A stretch of 48,262 bases of DNA from Basidiobolus ranarum (GCA_040143965.1 JASJQH010000020.1:1-48262), one strand, 5' to 3'; counted from the stretch's first letter, positions 13,747 through 25,429 are shown. Made by a program: numbers and translations. Notes: generated by a model not told the origin, from the sequence alone.

Positions 13747-14181
13747 CTTCAAAAATTTCCAAATATATCAAACTTGAATGTGCTCTAAATGTTTCTATTA
13801 TCAAAAAAAGTGCTCTATCTTGATACACTAACTCTGGTCACTATTCCACACTCTTTAGCTTCCAGGTTTCTACAAACACTTCGTTTCTTTTTTTTTTACT
13901 TTTTGAGGAACCGTCACAATTTACCTATTTTTTTAGGCGATTCCAAAAAAGATCGCAATTGGGTTCGACACCAACAATTAACTGAATTTCTATCATCTAA
14001 AATTGATATCTTCGATCTTTTCTTCAAGTCAACATATCGGTTCATGTATTTAGTTCGAAAAAAAATATCCAATAACCCTCAAAAATTTGGGGCTCAGTGT
14101 ATGATGTATAGGAATTCTAGTGAGGTAATATAATCAAGAGATATTGTTCTATCAAGTGTGTGGATAACACAACGTCAAACA

Positions 14182-17100
14182 ATGGCTCCTATCGATAAGA
14201 ATAAGAACTTTGATTCAGATCAAGTTTTGCAAGCGGTCGTTCTCGCGGATAGTTTCAATGAGAGATTTATGCCACTAACTTTGAACAAACCAAGAGTAAA
14301 TTCCTTTTAACTTATGCTTAAACTTGGGTTTAACCGAAAGATTGTTTCTAAATATTTTTATTATCGGTTAAAGTGTTTATTACCTCTTTGTAATATCCCT
14401 CTTATCGAATATACCTTGGAAGCTCTCGCAGTTGCCGGTGTTCAAGAGATTTTCGTTTTCTGCTGTGCTCACTCAGATTTAATCAAAAAATACCTCGCGT
14501 AAATATCCCCTCTATCAAGAAAATCCATACATTTGGAGTCACTTGAATGTCCAATTAAATATTTCTTGATGCGTTTTTAGAAACTCGAGATGGAAGAAAA
14601 CCTCCTCTTATATTCGAGTAGAAGTGGTGGTTGTCCAAGAATGTTATTCCATCGGTGATGCTATGCGTGAACTTGATGCTAAGTCTATTATAAAAAATGA
14701 CTTCATTCTTGTTAACGGTGACGTGGTTTCCAATATCGATCTTACCAAAGCGTTGGAAAAACACAGGTGACATGAAATGGAAGAATTCATTTGGATACTC
14801 AAGTTTCTAACTTTATTCATATTGGGATTAGAGAGATTCGTCTGGCTGATAAGAATTCTATCATGACTATGGTATTTTATTTAGACCTAATACTATTATG
14901 GCATGAAGATATTAACATTGGATATTTTGCTTAGGTTGTTAGACAAGCTAGCCCTCTGCATCCAGCTAGGTTTGATTTCACTTGAGAATATCATTAGTGC
15001 ATATATACACAACGCTCACAACTATTTAAACCGATAGAGCTAAGGGTGAGGATGGTATTTTTGTTCTTGATTCTAAGTCTGAGGAGTGTGTGTATTACGA
15101 GTCGGTAGAGGCCTATCCCAGAAAGAAAAGAATTGCTTTTGATACTGAACTCTTCGAAAAGCACTCGGAAATTCAAATCCGTAATGATCTTATTGATTGT
15201 CATGTTGATATCTGTTCTGTGGAGGTATGTCCAATTGATACTTCATGACCTACTACAACGTGTGTTAATGTTTTCTCTAAAGGTCCCCGCCCTCTTCACT
15301 GAAAATTTTGATTATCAAACCATGAGAAAGGACTTTGTTCACGGTATCTTAACATCTGATATTCTTGGTAAAACTATATACTGCAACATCATTCAAGATG
15401 AGTATGCTGCTAGAGTATGTAACAGTCAACTCTACGAAGTTGTAAGGTACAGATCATAAGTTTCCATAATTGGTGCTACAACATTATCTAATTTCTGTCA
15501 TCAACAGCAAGGATATTCTTTCGAGATGGGCTTACCCTATGGTTTTGGAGGCTAACTTCCTTGAAGGTCATAGCTACAAATATAGCAGAGGACACATATA
15601 CAAAGAAGACAATGTCGTGCTTGCTAGGTCGGTGATATTAACCCATTTGATATCCAATTATATGTACTAAATCTTGTTGCTCAATGAAGATCATGCGTCG
15701 TTGGTGAAAAGGTTGCTATTGGGTCTGGAACTGAAATTGCCGAGAATGCTAAAATCTCTAATTGCGTGATTGGACGTAACTGCCGCATAGGTAAGCTACT
15801 TATTTAATGGATTGTATGAGCTATTTCTCAACGTCAATCAAAGGACCAAATGTTGTCATCGATGGTGCATATCTCTGGGATGGTGTTGTTATCAAGAGCA
15901 ATTGCAAAGTTACTCGTTCCATACTGGCCAACGATGTAGTTTTACACGAAGGTGTTGTAATCGAGAATGGTTGCATATTAGCCGAAGAGGTAAGTTTATT
16001 TATGTGCGCGCTCAGATGTATTGCTCAGGATACTGATTCTATTGTAGGTTGAAGTTGGACCCAACATTACACTCAAGAAACACACCAGACTTTCTTTAGA
16101 AAAAAGACAGGCTGAGTTTGGTGAGGACAGTGACGAAGAAGAGAACGATCAAAGCGAATCCCAAGGTACTTCTTAGATGGTCATAGTTTGGATCATAGTC
16201 TGCGGCGTCACTAATGCCCAAAATGAATTTTATTAGGATACAACACACAAATCGTCGGTACTCTTGGAAAGGGTCATATCTGGGTCGATAAACATGATGA
16301 TGATGGCGATGAAGATCCCAGAAACGTGGAGATTGCTGATCTTGGTAAGAAAATGTGTATTCTACTTTCAGGTTGAGGAATTGTCATTGATTGGTTTTAT
16401 TGGTACGATAGCGCGTGATTTAGCGAACATTTATTTATCGGATGATGAATCTGCTGTTTCGGACGCTGAGTCTGAGGCATCTGATGTATCTATGGTTGAT
16501 GAGCCTCAAGATGATGACTTTGATAGAGAATGTGTTCAGACTCTGGAGCGTGCCTTCGCTGATTCGTTAAGTGTTGATATTGCCTCTCTGGAGTTGAATA
16601 CCCTCAGAATGGCCTACGATGCCAGCTTCCATGACGTCAGAAGAATTCTTATTCCAGCAGTGCTTAGACAAGTTGACTTGAGCAAATTCCAAGAAAGTAC
16701 AAAGAAGGTATAAAGCGGTGACAAAGGATGGTTACGATGATTCAGAACTGACTTGTTTCTATTCCAGCTTCTCTCACGTTGGAGTCCATTAATGAAAAAG
16801 TCTATTCACTCGGAGGAAGATCAAATTGATGCTTTAGTCATTTTACATGTAAGAACTACCGTAGGGAGTTGACTTCCAATATTTTTTACTGATCTCCTAA
16901 TTACCCGTAGCAATTCGCTGCACAAAGCGAACCTCATACCAAGATCTTTTTGTTTGCTCTTCGCTTTTTCTACGAGTTTGACTTGGTTGATGAAGATTCG
17001 GTGATTGCATGGTATAATCTTGGCACTGATGATCTTGACGACCAAGAGAAGAAATTGAGAGAAATGGTAGGTGACCTTTGTATGTTTATTTGAGTTCTTC

Positions 17101-17216
17101 TTTTGACTGAATATTATCTCCTTTAGGCCGCTCCTTTCATCACATGGTTAGAGCAAGCCGACGAAGACAGTGATGAAGAAGAAGATGAGGATGATGACGA
17201 CGAGGACGATGAATAG
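14182..17216 (+). CDS. GCD6: Translation initiation factor eIF2B epsilon subunit, multi-exon
   Basis: LQAVVLADSFNERFMPLT..KPRCLLPLCNIPLIEYTLE, ENFDYQ, hexapeptide (LbH) repeats, ASLELNTLRM, and a W2 domain ending PFITWLEQADEDSDEE; stop TAG 17214-17216. Confidence 0.96.
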
Positions 17217-17335
17217 TTATACTACGCTTGTTTAGAATAATAATAAAAATCTACATGATTTACATGAATTTTAATTTTCACGTTCACGTTCAACTTTATT
17301 TGCAGTAAAAAAATCATGAGTGTAGAAGAGATGAA

Positions 17336-18794
17336 TCAAGAATTCACCGAGTTGTCCAAGTCAGCACGCTTGAGATACAACTCGGTTAACCATCTTTCGT
17401 AGATGTTAACGTCAATGCTGTTTAGGTATTGATATGCTGCTTCAATACCATCTTTACGAACTCGCTGATACTTTACGGGATCATTGATCAGTTCAGTTAC
17501 GCTTTCCACCCAAGGATCAACATTTTGCTCAGGAATCAAGTAAACTCCCCAATTCTTGATGTACTCCGGATCATTCGATCTTTCTCCGGTTAGAATTTTG
17601 ACAGGAATCAATCCTTCGGTAATACCACATTTAGCCTCGGGTAACCCGCCAATATTACTAGCCAGTACAGGTATTCCTCGGAGCATTGCTTCCACCACTA
17701 TTAGGCCAAATGCTTCACACCATACAGATGGGACTAGAAGGATTTTCGTTTTTCTCCAAAGATTATCCATATCTCGGAATGTCTCTAAAATTCTGCTTGT
17801 TCGTACATTAGATGCGTGTATTGAAATAACTGTATGACTGTGCTTACCTTATGTTCTTCTGTGCGCTTAAGATATCGACCTGGTTAGGTAATAAACTCCA
17901 TGATTTTACTGCACCGAAAGTCACATGTGGTAGGCTCTTGGCTAAATCCAAAAATATGTGAAACCCTTTGACTGATCCTGGATTGATGGCAGTCACAAGT
18001 CCATGATTGAAATTGTTGTAGACTGGGAAGGGTTGGGCGCCATACGTTAGAGGATGGATTGGCATGTATGTAGCCTCTATCCCACTATAGTCAGCTATGT
18101 ATTTCTGGATACACTTACTGACCACCCACAATCCATCCACCTTTCTTAACCGTTGTGTTTCGATATCCGACTTGGAGGTACCAAAGTTTGGATATCCGGC
18201 ATATGGGCCGAAGGATAGGTGTTCACAAGCATGGCAAATAAATACTTTTACTACCCCCTTCAAGTCCGAAAATATTTTAAGGGAAGTGGACTCGTTAAAT
18301 ATAACATGAGTTGGGTGAAATTTTGCATACTCGTTCAAAAGAAATTTTCGATAATTCTCCATATCGGGAAACTCTTCTTCTTCCTAAAGGAAATTCCCGT
18401 AATGATAATTACTATGGTAAAGGTTCAACAAAGTGTTCAAGTTATTATATTAAACTGAATTTACCCCTAGCCAACGAATTCGACGCTGTTGAAACTCTGA
18501 AGTAAAAACTCTCTGGCAATCTGCTAAATCAAAACCAACTACTTCCATATTTTTGAAATAGAACCGATAAACTTGTAACGAGGTTGAAGGAGAAGTTAAC
18601 TGGTTTAGTTCAAGTTTCTCCGTGGTGTAAGTGAAATTTTTTAGATCAGAAGCCCATACATTTGCCACCATTTTAACTGTATAACCGGACTTTACCAACC
18701 CCTCAGCCAAATGTATGTTGGCCTTGTAACCACCGGAAGAGGCATAAAGTCCGCGAGCTGACTGAATCAATAGAAAACGAAAGTGCTTTTGCAT
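17336..18794 (-). CDS. Glycosyltransferase family 4 (GT-B fold), 3 exons
   Basis: N-terminus MQKHFRFLLIQSARGLYASSGGYKAN, INPGSVKG, and C-terminal signature PSVWCEAFGLIVVEAMLRGIPVLASNIGGLPEAK; two GT-AG introns join three ORFs in frame. Confidence 0.9.
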
Positions 18795-19181
18795 AAAAGT
18801 ATTGTTAGAGGATTCGATCGTAGACAATATACAAGGAGGCTCTAGAATACAGCATTGGCGCGCGCTAGAAGAGATTTTTAGCGATAGTAGTGAGTGTGAC
18901 GTGGTAATGTTTTCATAGCTTTCATTCAATCGAAATGAAGAACTTTCACGTATTCACGTGGGTATGTTGTCATGATGCAAATGTTGACACATCTTTCAGA
19001 TTAACCAACCCAGCGATGACTTTCGATCATCCACTGCGCCATCGAGGCTAACACTATTACTACATGTTAGATTTATCCATGTTTATTCTCCTATGAATAA
19101 ATAGAAAAGGGAGAAGGAGAATGCTAGAGAAGTACTCAGAAATGTGTATAGGGTATGTGGAGAGAAGTTATTAAAGTGGAA

Positions 19182-20146
19182 TTAGTTCTTCTTGGCTTTA
19201 ATGGCGGGCTTCTTGTAGGTCTTCTTAAAGAAACTAATGAAAAGAACAAGGTAGGAAGAAAGAAGAGCGCAACCAAATAATGCAGCACCAATGGTTCCAG
19301 AACAGGTGCCCATATTAGGCAAGGAGGGGAAGTGATTATAGGCGACGTAAGTATAAGTACAAAAGTAGACAAAGCCAAGATCAAGTACGAATTGAGTAAT
19401 TTGCATAGTGGTAAGGTACTTCTTCCACCAGATACGGGCGCCAGAAGTAGCACGGTAGTAGTAATAATACATGAGTACATGAACGATAAGATTCAAAGTG
19501 ATAGGGATCCATGACTATGAAACGAGGGTATTAGTATAAAGCAGACAAAATATGAACACTGATACGTACCACCGATGTACGCCCAACCAATTGGCTGTAG
19601 CAAAGCACCATAGTCAAGCTGTGGTGATAATAATGCAAGAATTCTACCAAAATGTTAGTCTCACGTAAAAAAACGCCATCGTCAACAAGATCCCCTACCG
19701 AGTTTCTTCTTCTTCATAACAAGGAAGATGGTATCAACGAGTTCATAGTATTTCACCAAGTAATTAAGGTAGTATAAAAGTTCCAGACGTTGGGTCCAGG
19801 CACTGTCATCGCATATGGCGTACAATAGTCCTCCTCGTGCATAGATGGGAATGATGTTCTCCAGAATAAGAACCAATAGACCGAGGGAGATCAAGGTGAG
19901 GAAGATGTTGTGAAGTTTGAAAAGAAGATCTAACTTGAAGGGCTTTCTATTCTTAAGCAAGTATTGGCCACCAAAGATTATTGTCAAGTAGAGAATGCAC
20001 GTGACGGCAACTTCAGTATTGGTAGAGAAGAGAGTTTCACCTTCAACAAAGCGGAACTCAGTATGAGGATGTCCGGTTACTGCTTCGTACAGTTTACCGA
20101 ACATCGGCTCAAAAGAAATACCAAAAGGACGTTCAGGGTTCCACAT
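19182..20146 (-). CDS. ELO: Fatty acid elongase (GNS1/SUR4, ELO family), 3 exons
   Basis: YYLNYLVKYYELVDT, spliced FLHYYHH histidine box, NLIVHVLMYYYY, TTMQITQF and C-terminal dilysine ER motif AKKN. Confidence 0.96.
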
Positions 20147-20562
20147 CGGAGAGAGGAGAAGGGTAGATACTCAAAGAGCGAAAGCGCTAGTTTTGTTGAT
20201 CGTATCTCAGTCCAATTCTACAATCCCAAGTTAGAAGAAGCAGTAATTGGACCAGTTGAATGAGGGTATGCAAATTTACCGATCATGAATGAATATTACT
20301 CGAGGAGAATTTGAATACAACCCCCCAGATTGGCTAACTTGACTATCTAATTAACCAAAATCCCCCCTATCTCTTCTCATAACTGAGACAGCCTATCATA
20401 GATCATTGTGAAGGCCTAACCCTAACAATAGGGGGTGTGGCTATATGCATCTCCAGTGAAAGAAAGCATATTTAGAGAAAAACCAGTTAAATAATCAGAC
20501 TGAAAGCTTAATCTAGTTTATTGAAGTGGAGAAGGAAGGATGGACTATTTATCGATATTGTG

Positions 20563-21891
20563 CTATACATTTTTCATGGTCTTGAGTTGGAACATAAATA
20601 CATGTAGCCCAAGGTGCGAGTAGAGTAAAGTCCTATGGAAACTAACTTCTGCTTGGGCGAAAAATTGTTTCTCCATTTCAGGAACACGAGGTTTGTATCC
20701 TATGAGAATAGCTGTCTTTTTTGATTTTGCCAGAGTGATCATTGTGGCCAACAATAAAGAATGACTGGAGCTGTTGTATGCTACATCAGCGGCTAAGACT
20801 AGGTCGATAAAGGGGAGCTCTGTGGCCTTGTCGCTTATCCATTTACATTTTTTCCACAAACCTAGAGTTTGCTCCGTCACATCGTTTCCCCAGGAAAGCT
20901 CACCCACCTCAACACTGACCCTTTGACTGGATTTGGATTTTTTGTGTGGTGGCGAGCCACTTGATTTGTTGCCCAGTGTTAAAAGCTCCTGGTTATTTTC
21001 GACATTGCTTGATAGAACTGAAAGAACTTCGGGTAGATCGGTTAGGATCACCTGTGCTCGAGTACGCTGATGCTCCAATATACGTGCCAAAGATATGCCA
21101 ACCAAACCACATCCACACCCTAATTCTATCACATTTAAATTGGATTTCTTCTTATTCAGATTTAACATAGAAACGAGCCACTGTGTTGCTGGCCCATTGA
21201 TCATCGGTGTAGTTGATTTCAGCTGCTGCCAATCCTCCATACTCCCCAACTCCATCTTAGATAGAATTTCTTCGTATTCAGAGGATGGTAGCTCCTCGAT
21301 GTTAACCTTAGTGGATTTGCATTTATCGATTGTCTCAATAAAATCGCATAGCTTTGTAAGGTATTCACTCATGACAATCGCTGCATCCCAAAGTCTAGTC
21401 CCCAGTGTTTGTTTATCCTGACAGGCTTCAGTAATTACAACATCAAACTGAGTTTCTTTGTCTTCAAGTGGAAGTCTGCAAATACGTTCGCACCTCGCTT
21501 GGCGTTTCGATAAATTGGGGGCCGCTGAGACTACTTGTATAGGCTTAGAGTAAACAGGTAATACCAAGTACTCACCGACCTTATGTGAACAACCAAGAAT
21601 GCCATCAAGTTCACCATTCGGCTCAATGGCAACTTGAAGTCTCGTTGACGGAGTAGTTTTAAACTTCTCTGGAACTGTCAATTCCACTTTCCAACCTTGA
21701 TACGCATTATAGTATGGTTCTAAGGTCACGGACTTTTTGAGTAGTATTGAACCAGGAGTAGCGGGATTTTCCGAATAAATTCTAATGGTGATATTCACCT
21801 CGATATTTACTTCGCCTTCAAATCCTATGTCTCCTAGATCGGTGCAAACTGAGGAAAAATATAGAAGAGTAAATGGTTTGTATATAAACAT
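20563..21891 (-). CDS. Seven-beta-strand protein methyltransferase (METTL21/Methyltransf_16 family) with N-terminal extension
   Basis: GTRLWDAA, VIELGCGCGLVGISLA, VILTDLPE, LSWG and DLVLAADVAYN. The true start may lie in an upstream exon. Confidence 0.88.
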   Translation of the reverse strand: MFIYKPFTLLYFSSVCTDLGDIGFEGEVNIEVNITIRIYSENPATPGSILLKKSVTLEPYYNAYQGWKVELTVPEKFKTTPSTRLQVAIEPNGELDGILGCSHKVGEYLVLPVYSKPIQVVSAAPNLSKRQARCERICRLPLEDKETQFDVVITEACQDKQTLGTRLWDAAIVMSEYLTKLCDFIETIDKCKSTKVNIEELPSSEYEEILSKMELGSMEDWQQLKSTTPMINGPATQWLVSMLNLNKKKSNLNVIELGCGCGLVGISLARILEHQRTRAQVILTDLPEVLSVLSSNVENNQELLTLGNKSSGSPPHKKSKSSQRVSVEVGELSWGNDVTEQTLGLWKKCKWISDKATELPFIDLVLAADVAYNSSSHSLLLATMITLAKSKKTAILIGYKPRVPEMEKQFFAQAEVSFHRTLLYSHLGLHVFMFQLKTMKNV

Positions 21892-22038
21892 GTAAGGTGA
21901 GGGTTTTAACCTCTATCAAGAACTGGTTAACTGAGAAAGAGTTTTATTCTATTCGTTTCCCAAATGAATCTCGTCTCCATGTTGGACAATTAAAAACTCT
22001 CTCTCACGTAAAGTTACTCTTGTAACTAATATTTGGTC

Positions 22039-22200
22039 AAAAAAGAAAAGAAATATATGTGAAACATTCTCATACCCGTAAACAGTATCGGCCAACTAAC
22101 ACCAACAGAAACCTCACAAGGCGGAGCCTTCTGGAAAGCTAAACGAAGTAGCGACATGGTTGTTACCCAAGATACTCGCCACTTGTTTAGAAGTCAGTAT
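22039..22200 (-). ncRNA. Candidate structured non-coding RNA, unidentified
   Basis: Hand-folded three-way junction with G-U pairs only on the minus strand, followed by a U-rich tract. No known family recognised. Confidence 0.45.
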
Positions 22201-22750
22201 CAAAAACTGTAAAAAAAAGTTTCACGAGTGATTCAAGTCCCGTCCAAAAATGTACAAATGAATATGGATTAGTCCTATTTTGTAGCTTAAATTTAAACTC
22301 AATCCTATTCAGGAAGCGGGCAATATCGTATTGAAACGAAGGGTGAAAGAAGGGTGAGGAAAGGGTGATTTAGATATAAACTATCATTATCACTACAATC
22401 AATACGAACATGGCTGTGTAGCCGTATATGGATAGCTTCATGCACTAAAATTAGATAGCAGTAACCAGGCGATCGGCAACTATCCACCATGAGGATTTGG
22501 AAGGTTGTTGGGTTATCGCTTGAAGCAATTATAGAGGTCAAACTTCTTCATATGCAACGAGATGTCAAATGAGCCATTAATGCTTGAAACCGATTCATTT
22601 AATGTTATTCAATGAAAGTATATGCTATGCAAATCAAGTTACAGAAGTTGAAACTTGTTTGATAAAGAAAGTGATTCCCTATAAAAAGTAACCCCTCTAT
22701 CCATGGAATATTGTCTTTTCCCTTTTCGTTGGCTGCTTATATTGATTCTC

Positions 22751-23545
22751 ATGAGGGTCAGGTGTAAGTCACTCTTAGTTTGCCTATCTGCAATGCTATT
22801 TAGCCAGTCATTAGCGCAGTCAACTGGCTACGGCAGTGGCAGTAAGGATCCTGAAACTGATAAAAACGACCCGAAAGCAACAGACAAAACGGTAGCATAA
22901 TCCTAACTCAAATATAACTGATATCCACTAGTACTAACGTTCCAGTAGATTCCATATAGCAAGCTTCCGGAAAAGGAGAGACCAGAAAGTCTATTTGTGG
23001 GAAAGTTTGAAGCAGATGTAGATTGCCTCCACATGGTCAAGCAGGCAGAGAAAGAGAACCCAGTCCTGAAGGAGTGCTACACTACCACAGGTTTATTCTT
23101 CAGTCCTCTTACTAAAGTGTGTTCAAGTAAATGCTTTGATCAGACTGTTAAAGCATCGAAGCTTATTGCTGGCAAATGCGATACTCAAAAGTCGGGTGGT
23201 AATAGCAAGGATCTAGTGTTTACCTCGTGGTCCATAATGGAGAATGCGAAGATATATTGCTCCAAAGCTGAAAATTCCTATTGCGTTCGAAAAATTAAAG
23301 ATTTCGAGCTTACAGCCCTGGAAAGAAAAAAGGGAGTAGAACCTACCGAGGAAAAGAAGACACAGATGTGCCCGCCTTGCATTAAAGACATCTATACATT
23401 AGTCAAGGACTACTTGGCTAAGAACACAGTACTCCCACGAGTGTATTATGATCAACCCAAACACCTTGAGGACATCGTCCCCGAAATAGAGAAAGTTTGT
23501 GGTAATAAATTAAGCCTTGGGAGTGCTTCAAAGCCTACGAAATAA
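22751..23545 (+). CDS. Secreted cysteine-rich protein of unknown function, 2 exons
   Basis: Signal-peptide-like MRVRCKSLLVCLSAMLFSQSLA; intron 22892-22948 (GTAGCA...TACTAAC...TAG) joins to the ORF ending at 23545; 10 Cys in exon 2. Confidence 0.8.
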
Positions 23546-23891
23546 AGCATCGTTAATATTTTGTTACGATAAATCGAGATAAATTGCGATAATTACCATA
23601 ATTACAATGCTTACCGCAATAGTCACATGTTCCTACTGATACGAATCTAACACTACTTGATAGTTCACGGAAGGAGTGGTGCCCCAATTTTTTAAAACTG
23701 TGATGAAGATTGTCGCAGCAGATAGGAAATTTCTCACCATATGCAGTTACACGAAACGCAATTGGCCGATCGTACTCTCTTATAATTGCCACTTCCCCAG
23801 TGATAGGTGTGATATATTTCACTAAAAGCTTTGTTCTCTTGTCATTGTTACTTGACTTCCCTTTACACTTGTCTCTTCTGTTCATTCCAAG

Positions 23892-24296
23892 ATGTCTTTC
23901 GCTGCAGCTGTTAAGAAGGCCACCGTTCGTCCCGGTGTGTCATTTAGACCTCGTAGAGCTGCTCTTGCTTTGACACCTGCTGCGGTACAAAGAATCAAGG
24001 TCATGGAAATGCAAACTTCTGCTGCTGCTCCTGAAGAACCCAAGTACTTGAAAATTGGAGTTAAAACCAAAGGATGTTCTGGACTCAGTTATTCATTAGA
24101 TTATACCAACAAAAAAGACCGATTCGACGAGCTTGTGGCCCAGGATGGTGTAAACGTTCTAATTGACTCTAAAGCACTATTTTCGATCATTGGTTCTGAG
24201 ATGGATTATGTTGAGGATAAACTTTCCTCCCAATTTATCTTCAACAATCCTAATGTCAAGGAAGCTTGTGGCTGTGGACAAAGCTTTATGGTTTAA
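23892..24296 (+). CDS. ISA1: Mitochondrial iron-sulfur cluster assembly protein (IscA/HesB family)
   Basis: KGCSGLSYSLDY, GSEMDY and FNNPNVKEACGCGQSF; basic presequence-like N-terminus. Confidence 0.97.
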   Translation: MSFAAAVKKATVRPGVSFRPRRAALALTPAAVQRIKVMEMQTSAAAPEEPKYLKIGVKTKGCSGLSYSLDYTNKKDRFDELVAQDGVNVLIDSKALFSIIGSEMDYVEDKLSSQFIFNNPNVKEACGCGQSFMV

Positions 24297-24646
24297 TAGC
24301 ATCCATGAGTACAGTAATGCAATAAGCTAACACTCCCTCATACTCTCCATTGCATCTGTCGTTATTTAGATTAATAGCAGCAGTTTAAATAGTTACACCT
24401 TTATCTCTCAACCACTTTACATTGACCTATTCGCGACACTTGTTCCCTATTCACACACATCATTTTTAGAAGTTAATAAATTTTGTACAGCTTTTTTATC
24501 ATCATTCACTTGACCAGGGAAATTGTAGTTAGTACGTAATTATGAAAGCAGTCATACCACGCTTTATACTAGACATTGTTTAACGTTTATAGATTTATTT
24601 CTCAAGGTTTATACATGCAGCACCCACTATGTATGTGTCTGCCAAT

Positions 24647-25429
24647 TCACTGAATATGTAACTTGGAATTTTCAAAATAGTCCGACAGGAAAATTTTAGC
24701 CAAATTTGCCAAGCAAACATTGGACGAACTGGAAAGTAGTTTCATCGAGTTTTTTAGCGATTCGGTTAATATTACTAAGGAAATATATGAGAAAATGGAA
24801 GAATGATAGTAAATGGTTTAAGCAACAACTACCTTTGGATGTTTCTGCAGTAGTGAGATACATCAATGTGGTGATACTGGACTTCACTGTTTCTACGCTT
24901 TCACTAGATAAACAATTGATAATCAGTGGTAATCCATCGTTCTCAAAAATATGGCTACGAATTCGGTGGTCTGAAAGAAACTTAAGGTTAACTCAATAGT
25001 AACTTGAAAATAGTGAGTTTTGGAATTTTACCCAAACATAAGTTGCATATCCCACCCATAGCAAATTCTTTGATCTGTTCTTCTTCCTCTTCTAACGCGT
25101 CTATAAGACAGTGCATGAGTAACTGTTAAGGTAACTTGATTCAAAGCTAATCTTTACCTAGAAACAGATCTACTACGTTAAGCTGAAGTAACCATGTAAA
25201 ATTGATTGGGTCATATGCGAAATTAGCTAGATTTGCTAAGACTTGGTGCTTTGCTTCTATAATATTTTCAAAGGTGTTGGTGTGGAGCTTATATTGGTCT
25301 ATTTTTAAAAATTATAATACCCGTGTCATCTGTATCTTGATATTCTGTGACCAACTCTTGTAGATATTCGAACCTATTAAGACTATATGGACCAGTTCGT
25401 CGCTCTAGTTGTGAACGTGAGGTGAACAT
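24647..25429 (-). CDS. ARMC7: Armadillo repeat-containing protein 7, 5 exons
   Basis: Spliced product: [13 protein letters not shown]...[94 protein letters not shown], matching ARMC7 motifs. Stop TGA 24649-24647. Confidence 0.92.
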
